64,000 nucleotides of DNA. It comes from Negativicutes bacterium (GTDB lineage Bacteria; Bacillota; Negativicutes; UBA1444). The DNA lies in assembly GCA_963665275.2 (NCBI GenBank), contig CAXXIN010000014.1, positions 96,001 through 160,000 on the forward strand, in the 5' to 3' direction. The number at the start of each line of letters is the position of its first letter. The first letter of the stretch is position 1. The translations under genes and the position numbers were made by a program. Below, in pieces: positions 57,361 through 64,000 of this stretch. The notes beneath the pieces were generated by a model. The model saw nothing but the letters and a program-made list of their open reading frames with translations, was not told where the DNA came from and did no database searches.

Positions 57361-59970
57361 TTGAGGCCCAATTCAGAGTTCATTAATGATTTTGTGGAAG
57401 AGGCTCTCTTGCATATTGCTACTGTTGAAGATGCACTACTGAAAGTAGAAACGGGCAATTATGCCGAAGAAACGGTCAATGAGATATTTCGGGCGGTTCA
57501 CAGTATTAAGGGGGCTGCGGGGCTTTTTAATTTTGTTCGTATTGCCGAACTGGCGCATGCGGCTGAAACTCTTTTTGGGGCTATCAGAGATAAAACTGTC
57601 TCGCTGAACAGTCCGATTGTTGATGCTGTTCTTGCGGTAGCCGACTTGCTGAAGGAAATGATTGGTTGCCTCGAAACGAGCGATACATACGATATTAACG
57701 CGCAGGTGCAGCGCCTGAAAACTTTCTTGCCTGCCCCCCAAGGGTCTGTGGAGGAAAACAAAAACCTATGGGGTTTAGGGGACACGATTGCCAGTGATAA
57801 AAAGCCGGCGGAAATTTGCAATGAAACAAAAGATAACCCTGATCGAGAAAACAACCGGGCGAAAGTGGAAAAAGAAAAAAGTATTCGGGTGGGGGTCGGC
57901 GTATTTGATGATTTGCTGGTTCTCGCCGGTGAAATGGTATTGCGGCGAAACCAGTTGATGTGTCTCGTGGGGATGGGGGTTACCCGAACGGAAGAACTGC
58001 AGATGGTGGCAAAAGACATTGATTTGGTAACGACCGCATTGCAGGAAAAAGTTCTGAAAGCCAGGATGCAGCCAGTCGCCAATCTGTTTAACAAGTTTCA
58101 CCGAATTGTCCGCGACCTATCGCGGAAACTGGGCAAAGAAATAGAATTAAGAATCGAAGGCGACCAGGTTGAACTGGATAAATCTACTATTGAGGCGCTT
58201 GGTGATCCGTTGATCCATATCGTCAGAAACGCGATTGACCACGGGATCGAACCGACGAATATCCGTGAAGAACGGAAGAAACCCTACATTGCACATGTGA
58301 CCATCAGGGCTTACCATGAGGCTGGCAAGGTCACCATTGACGTGGAGGATGACGGCGTCGGGATCGATCCCGGCAAGATAGCGGCCAAAGCGCTGGAAAG
58401 AGGGCTTGTGACCGAACAGCAGTTGACTGCCATGAATGAAAGCGAAATTATTTATTTAATAATGCGCCCCGGGTTTTCTACTGTCGACGAAGTCACCGCA
58501 TTGTCGGGGCGGGGCGTCGGCATGGATATTGTAAAGAACAATATCGAGAAACTTGGCGGCAAGGTCGAACTCCTGTCCAGCGTCGGATACGGCTCCATCG
58601 TCCGGTTGGTCCTGCCTCTCACCCTGGCAATTATTCCTGCCGTGATCGTGCAGAGTGCCGACTTTACAGCCGCAATCCCGCAGGCGAACTTGCAGGAATT
58701 GGTATTGCTTCAACCGGATGATGAAAAGCGCTCCATCGAACTGGTCATGGGGTATCCGGTCCTGCGTCTCAGGGAGCGCTTATTCCCGCTGTTACGGCTT
58801 ACGGATATCATCGGGGATACCCGGCTGGGAATTGACACCGGGAGTGCTGAATACTTCTGTGATCCGGAAAAAATCTTTCAAATCGTTGTGCTAAATTTTG
58901 GAAATCGAATTTTTGCGCTGGAAGTTGATAAGGTATATGATCACGAAGAAATTCTGGTAAAACCACTGCCGCCAACTCTGATAAAATCCAATTATTATAT
59001 GGGATTTGCCGTTTTGGGCGATGGTCGTATCGCATTCATTCTGAATCCCGAGGAAATCAGAAACCATGTCGGCTTGCGGCCGTTAGCGACTGAAGCGGCT
59101 GTAGACAGCATCAGGGGTAGCCAGTTGCCGGAAGAGGAACAGAGTTTGTTGCTGTTCTCTACCGCCGGTGGAGAAACCATCGGTATCGACATCACCCTGG
59201 TGAGCCGGGTTGAAACCCATGAGGCAGCGGCGATTCAGCGGATTCGGTCAAAAGAGTACGTCATATCACGTGGCAAGCCGCTGAGAATCATCAGGCCCGA
59301 ATACTATTTGCCTGTTGCATCCCCGAAAGACGGGTCGGACTCCATTCATCTCATTATTCCTAAATTAGTAAAGCAATCGGTGGGGATCGTCGCAAGGGGA
59401 ATCGGCGAGATTGTCAAGACTGCAGTGGCATTGAATGAGGAAGGGCCTGGCGGTTGCGGACTAATCGGGTCAACGCTGATTAACGACCGTATTGTCCTAT
59501 TGCTGAATATCTATGAGTTGTTGGAACAGGCCCTGCCTGAAACCTGTAAAGTAAGCACCTCCGTTATACGGAAACAGGAAAAAAGCCCGCTTGCACCGAC
59601 TGCTGCACGTGTGTTACTGGTGGAAGATCGGGCTTTTTTTTCCAAGGTGACAAAGGGCTATCTGGAGAGTGCCGGGATGGAAGTCAAATTGGCCGCTGAT
59701 GGTCGGGAAGCTCTCGATATATTGGAGCAGGATGAAGTCGATTTGGTGATCAGCGATATCGAAATGCCGGTGATGAACGGCTACGAACTCATCAGGGCCA
59801 TTCGGGCCAATGAACGGTTGCGCAAGTTGCCGGCGATAGCCCTGACCTCGCTTCTTGGAGAGGCAAACAAGGAAAAAGGGCTGCGGTCCGGATTCGACGC
59901 CTATGAGTATAAACTGGACCGGGATCGGTTGCTTAAAACTGCGCAGCGGTTTTTGGGCCGCTCCGAATAG
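57361..59970 (+). CDS. cheA: Hybrid CheA kinase (Hpt, HATPase, two CheW-like domains, REC)
   Basis: FRAVHSIKG, RNAIDHGIE, SGRGVGMD, LPLTLAI and C-terminal DIEMPVMNG. Confidence 0.92.
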   Translation: MRPNSEFINDFVEEALLHIATVEDALLKVETGNYAEETVNEIFRAVHSIKGAAGLFNFVRIAELAHAAETLFGAIRDKTVSLNSPIVDAVLAVADLLKEMIGCLETSDTYDINAQVQRLKTFLPAPQGSVEENKNLWGLGDTIASDKKPAEICNETKDNPDRENNRAKVEKEKSIRVGVGVFDDLLVLAGEMVLRRNQLMCLVGMGVTRTEELQMVAKDIDLVTTALQEKVLKARMQPVANLFNKFHRIVRDLSRKLGKEIELRIEGDQVELDKSTIEALGDPLIHIVRNAIDHGIEPTNIREERKKPYIAHVTIRAYHEAGKVTIDVEDDGVGIDPGKIAAKALERGLVTEQQLTAMNESEIIYLIMRPGFSTVDEVTALSGRGVGMDIVKNNIEKLGGKVELLSSVGYGSIVRLVLPLTLAIIPAVIVQSADFTAAIPQANLQELVLLQPDDEKRSIELVMGYPVLRLRERLFPLLRLTDIIGDTRLGIDTGSAEYFCDPEKIFQIVVLNFGNRIFALEVDKVYDHEEILVKPLPPTLIKSNYYMGFAVLGDGRIAFILNPEEIRNHVGLRPLATEAAVDSIRGSQLPEEEQSLLLFSTAGGETIGIDITLVSRVETHEAAAIQRIRSKEYVISRGKPLRIIRPEYYLPVASPKDGSDSIHLIIPKLVKQSVGIVARGIGEIVKTAVALNEEGPGGCGLIGSTLINDRIVLLLNIYELLEQALPETCKVSTSVIRKQEKSPLAPTAARVLLVEDRAFFSKVTKGYLESAGMEVKLAADGREALDILEQDEVDLVISDIEMPVMNGYELIRAIRANERLRKLPAIALTSLLGEANKEKGLRSGFDAYEYKLDRDRLLKTAQRFLGRSE

Positions 59971-60037
59971 AGAGGCTTCAAAGCCGGCGAAGCAGCTGAA
60001 CGGGGGTAGTATGGAAACGGGACTGGGGGGAGGAGCA

Positions 60038-60949
60038 ATGGAAAGGGTACTTGTTGTTGACGATTCTCTCGTTTTTCGCAAAGTGATCAAAGCAACGCTG
60101 GAAACTGCTGGCTACGAAGTTCTGACTGCTGAAAACGGTGGAAAAGCTATGCAGCTATTGCAGGAAGAGGGTTCGCCGGACATTATTCTGCTGGACAGGG
60201 TAATGCCCGATATGGATGGCGTCGAAGTTTGCAAATGGGCGAGGAATCATTTCTGCAATTTGTACGGAACCTCGTATAAATATTTTATCATCCTTACATC
60301 AAAAAATACCCAGGACGATGTTCTTGAAGGCTTTGGTATCGGGGCGGACGATTATGTGATAAAGCCGTTTTGCAATCAAGAGCTCCTTGCCAGACTGACA
60401 GTGGCATGCCGAGTGTTGAAAATGCAGCGCGAGCTTTTGAATGCCGCGATCAGGGACGCGCTTACCGGACTTTATAACAGGAGGTCCCTGTACGATTTGC
60501 TCGGGTTGGAGCTGTTGCGGGCCCGGAGGGAGCAGAGTAACGTTGCTGTCGCGCTGGTCGACGTAGACCGTTTTAAACAGATAAACGATACCTACGGGCA
60601 TGCCATTGGCGATGAAATGTTGATAATGCTTGCGGCAAAACTTCGCATGACCATGCGTGATTTTGATATTGTGGGGCGTTTAGGGGGCGAAGAGTTCGTT
60701 TTGGCATTTGGCTGCATGAGTGTCGGCGACGCTCTCGTTATTTGCGAACGCGTACGCCGGGGTGTGGCGGAAATATCAATAAATTGCGAGGAGACCGTAT
60801 TGAGCATGACTATAAGTATTGGTGTTGCCATCGCTATAGGGGAAACAGAGCCAGCTAAGGTAATCCGTTATGCCGACAAAGCGATGTATCAGGCCAAAGA
60901 GAACGGCAGAAACTGTGTGGTTGCTTATGAATATACCAAGGATGGATAA
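60038..60949 (+). CDS. Response-regulator diguanylate cyclase (REC-GGEEF)
   Basis: VVDDS, DRVMP, DALTGLYNRR and RxxD I-site before GGEEF; ATG after GGAGG. Confidence 0.92.
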   Translation: MERVLVVDDSLVFRKVIKATLETAGYEVLTAENGGKAMQLLQEEGSPDIILLDRVMPDMDGVEVCKWARNHFCNLYGTSYKYFIILTSKNTQDDVLEGFGIGADDYVIKPFCNQELLARLTVACRVLKMQRELLNAAIRDALTGLYNRRSLYDLLGLELLRARREQSNVAVALVDVDRFKQINDTYGHAIGDEMLIMLAAKLRMTMRDFDIVGRLGGEEFVLAFGCMSVGDALVICERVRRGVAEISINCEETVLSMTISIGVAIAIGETEPAKVIRYADKAMYQAKENGRNCVVAYEYTKDG

Positions 60950-60975
60950 GCTAAAGGCGATAGTGGGCCTAATTA

Positions 60976-63279
60976 ATGAAAGGAAGTGTTGCATTGAATT
61001 CGAAAAGCATTCAATTCAAACTGGTCGGAGTAATATTGTTGGTAATCGCTGTGGCGATTACCGGGTTGGCAGGCTCCACTTATCTATCCACCAGGGAGGT
61101 TGTCGTATCCAATATCGACCAGCAACTGCGCAAAGATGCCAACGGACTGGCGGATGATATAACCCTGTGGTTAAACATGAAAAAAGGGGAAGTAGCGGCT
61201 ATTGCTGCGTCGCCTGTTCTGATGACGGGCGATAAAGCAGAAATATTGCGTTATATAACAGCGGAAGTCAAACGGCTTGATGACTATGAGCTGATTTTGG
61301 TGGGGGATGCAAAAGGAGATTATTACACAAGCAACAATCAAGCCGCCAATAATGCCGACCGCGAATACTTCAAAAGTGTGATGTCATCCGGCGAAAATTA
61401 TGTATCCGATCCGCTGAGCGCCCGCACTACCCGAAATAAAGTGGTCATCGTGGCCGCCCCGATAGTTCTGGAGGGGAAAGTGATCGGCGTAGTTGGAGGC
61501 TCGGTCAAGATTGAGAGTATCGAAAAAAAAATGCAGGCCGTCAAATTGGGCAAGACCGGTTATGCCTATTTAGTTCAGGCAAACGGCCTGTTAATTGCCC
61601 ATCCTGACCAGACATTGGCGATGAAAAAAAACTTATTGGATGACTCGGCCACGGATAATCGATTGAAAGCTACCCTGCAGGGAGCTGTCAAAGGGCAGGT
61701 CAGCGTAGGACGTTATCGCAGCGCCAATACCGACAAAGAACAATTTGTTGGAGCTGCCGCTGTTGCCGGTACCAACAACTGGGTTGTCGGCATGACTGTA
61801 CCGGTAGATGAAATATGGGAGCCAATTGATCGGCTTAATTGGATTTTCTGTCTTGCAACATTGATAATCCTTCTTATCACTGGCGCACTTACCCAGTGGT
61901 TTTTGTCCACTACAGTAATACGGCCGCTAGTGCAACTTGAAACGATGATCGAAAGCGTGGCCCAGGGCGATCTGACCGCCAGGGGGAAGGCCGTCGCGGA
62001 TGATGAGCTGGGCCGGCTTACGTTATCCTTTAACCAGACGTTGGATACTATTTGCGAGATGATAGGAAAGATTCATGAAGCCAACTGTGAGTTGAAACCC
62101 GCATCGATGCGGCTCCAGGAAATCGCCAGGATGGGTGCCGACAACAGCCTGACGATGAACAACCGAGCCTGTGTCGCCGAAAATGCCGTGCGGGAAATCC
62201 TAACGAGAATTGATGGCACCAACCATGCCACAGAGGAGACGGGGGGGAACATAACCAACATTGCCGCAGCTGTCCAGGAGATGGCGGCCACGACATCCAC
62301 GGTGGCCATGGTGGCTGAGGGTGTTTCGACAACAGTTAACAACGTACGCTTGGCGTTTGAAGGGATATCCGGCAATACCGACCGAGTGTCTCAAAATTCC
62401 GGCGATATGTCGAACTCAGTCGAGCAGGTGGTGAATTCGGTTCAGGACATTAATCGATCCATAGGCAACGTTAAGCTTAAGTGTGAACGGTCGGTGCAAA
62501 TAACGCTTGAGGCCAACGATTTTGCACAAGAGACATCACGGGTTATTTCCCAGCTCAGCGATTCTACCAAGAAGATCAACAAGATTGTCAGTATCATTAA
62601 TAATATCGCCAGTCAGACCAATATGTTGGCCCTTAACGCCGCGATCGAAGCCGCCAGCGCCGGAGAAGCCGGAAAAGGGTTTGCAGTGGTGGCGGGAGAG
62701 GTCAAGGAATTGGCCCAACGTACCGCCAGGGCCACTGATGAAATCGGACAACAACTGGAAGAGATGCAGAATAATATGAGTCGGGCTGTTGAATCAGTCG
62801 GGAAGATTACTCAGGTTATCGTTGAGATTACGGACATCACGGGAACCATAGGGAATGCCATCAATGAACAGTCGGCGACGCTCACTCAAATTACAGGCAA
62901 CTCGGTGGCCGCTGGCGAGAGGGTCAAATCCATCGCCGAAGAAATCATTACCGTCAATGCCAACTGCAAGAAGGCTTCCAAGGACGCTGCTGATGCTTCG
63001 CGTGGAGTTGCTGAAATTGCGCAGTCGATTACTGAACTATCGGACGTTACTACCTCGATAGCCAGAAACGTTGAATCTGTATCCTCCATGATGGCGTCTA
63101 TCGTTGAAGCCGGGCAGGAAATACTGACCCGATCAAATGAAATTTCAACTAGTACAGGGCAGGTGACGGAGATTTCCGAGAATACATCCGCACTAGCGGC
63201 CGATACCATGAAAGCCGCCGATGGGTTGGCTGAAACGGCGACTAAATTGGACACGTCGGTTAAGGTGTTCAAAGTTTAA
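60976..63279 (+). CDS. Methyl-accepting chemotaxis protein (Cache, HAMP)
   Basis: Two TM helices, DREYF, HAMP DELG and [14 protein letters not shown]...GKGFAVVA. Confidence 0.95.
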   Translation: MKGSVALNSKSIQFKLVGVILLVIAVAITGLAGSTYLSTREVVVSNIDQQLRKDANGLADDITLWLNMKKGEVAAIAASPVLMTGDKAEILRYITAEVKRLDDYELILVGDAKGDYYTSNNQAANNADREYFKSVMSSGENYVSDPLSARTTRNKVVIVAAPIVLEGKVIGVVGGSVKIESIEKKMQAVKLGKTGYAYLVQANGLLIAHPDQTLAMKKNLLDDSATDNRLKATLQGAVKGQVSVGRYRSANTDKEQFVGAAAVAGTNNWVVGMTVPVDEIWEPIDRLNWIFCLATLIILLITGALTQWFLSTTVIRPLVQLETMIESVAQGDLTARGKAVADDELGRLTLSFNQTLDTICEMIGKIHEANCELKPASMRLQEIARMGADNSLTMNNRACVAENAVREILTRIDGTNHATEETGGNITNIAAAVQEMAATTSTVAMVAEGVSTTVNNVRLAFEGISGNTDRVSQNSGDMSNSVEQVVNSVQDINRSIGNVKLKCERSVQITLEANDFAQETSRVISQLSDSTKKINKIVSIINNIASQTNMLALNAAIEAASAGEAGKGFAVVAGEVKELAQRTARATDEIGQQLEEMQNNMSRAVESVGKITQVIVEITDITGTIGNAINEQSATLTQITGNSVAAGERVKSIAEEIITVNANCKKASKDAADASRGVAEIAQSITELSDVTTSIARNVESVSSMMASIVEAGQEILTRSNEISTSTGQVTEISENTSALAADTMKAADGLAETATKLDTSVKVFKV

Positions 63280-63409
63280 TGATGTTTTCCGGCAAAGTAT
63301 AACTCGGCAATGGTCAAGTCCAAATTTGTGTGTAAAAACCCGGTAGGGATCTCTGGTTTTACATGAGCCTGATTAGCTTGCTGGTAGGCGCTCCAGCGAC
63401 CGCGCGCCA

Positions 63410-63565
63410 CAGCTACTTGGTGGGAGAAATAACGTCGCACATGGCGAATACATCAACGTTGATGAAAAGGAATTTTTTGCTTTATACAAAGAAATTACCC
63501 AAATTATGTATGAGATAAAAAATAACGTAAGCAATGCTGCAAGCCAAGGACAATACAAGAAGTAA
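63410..63565 (+). pseudogene. C-terminal fragment of a HEPN-like nuclease
   Basis: QLLGGRNNVAHGEYINVDEKEFFALYKEITQIMYEIKNNVSNAA* contains RxxxxH; in-frame stop at 63374 and no start before the motif. Confidence 0.55.
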
Positions 63566-63771
63566 GTGGTTAATGTTATTCAAATGAACGTTACAATAAT
63601 GAGGCTTCATCATGCTGGGTAATGTACTATAATGTGCTGATGTTCGTTCTACCTGGATTCGGTATACCTTTACAACCTGAGTTCCCGCTTACTCATAACG
63701 AGGTTTTCTCGAAAATCCAATAAAATCAGCTTATTGAGCGATTGTTCTACGAAAAATACATAGTTATGTGT

Positions 63772-64000
63772 TGGATGGGTTACCCTAAACTGGACAGAAA
63801 AGATACGGTCATGTAGCATAACACCATAATAAAGAAAAGTTTTCACCGAAGAATTCAAAATTGAATTGGTCCAGCTTTATAACAACGGTAAGCGTCGAGT
63901 GGATATTTTGCGTGAATATGACTTGACGGCAACGGCATTCGACATCTGGGTCAAACGAATTAACGCAACAGGTTCAGCCAAAGAAGCCAATAATCGGACT
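63772..64000 (+). mobile_element. IS3-family left end with start-less orfA fragment (runs off the window)
   Basis: TGGATGGGTTACCCTAAACTGGACA IR-like end; 63833-64000 reads RKVFTEEFKIELVQLYNNGKRRVDILREYDLT..WVK. Confidence 0.75.

Overview
Bacterial chromosomal window, probably from an anaerobic Bacillota/Negativicutes-like host (inferred from gene content and sigma54 regulons). (1) Positions 1-12512 are the right part of an integrated element that ends in a duplicated 3' half of tRNA-Gly(CCC). It carries a tyrosine integrase 5' end, a divergent XRE/Cro switch, xis-like, replisome-organiser, Fic and toprim genes, a nucleotidyltransferase toxin-antitoxin-like pair and a DUF2971-like gene. It also carries an AT-rich defence-like cassette: a hairpin-rich 468-bp non-coding region, a 513-aa UG/Abi-type reverse transcriptase and a 1277-aa partner gene. 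(2) Positions 12.6-49.3 kb are host metabolism: cidABR, a sigma54 beta-keto-acid cleavage locus, an amino-sugar ABC/nagAB operon, a citrate-lyase-like operon, a probable UGA-recoded rhodanese selenoprotein, a CCG-anchored succinate dehydrogenase/fumarate reductase and a sigma54 proline oxidation operon. (3) An IS110 element sits in the rocA/pruA Shine-Dalgarno site; its junction promoter and candidate bridge-RNA guides can be read from the sequence. An IS3 element with doubled terminal repeats sits inside a terminator. (4) A two-component system, a CheA-DGC-MCP cluster, and decayed HEPN and IS3 fragments lie at the right edge. All family calls come from motif recognition only; no database searches were run.
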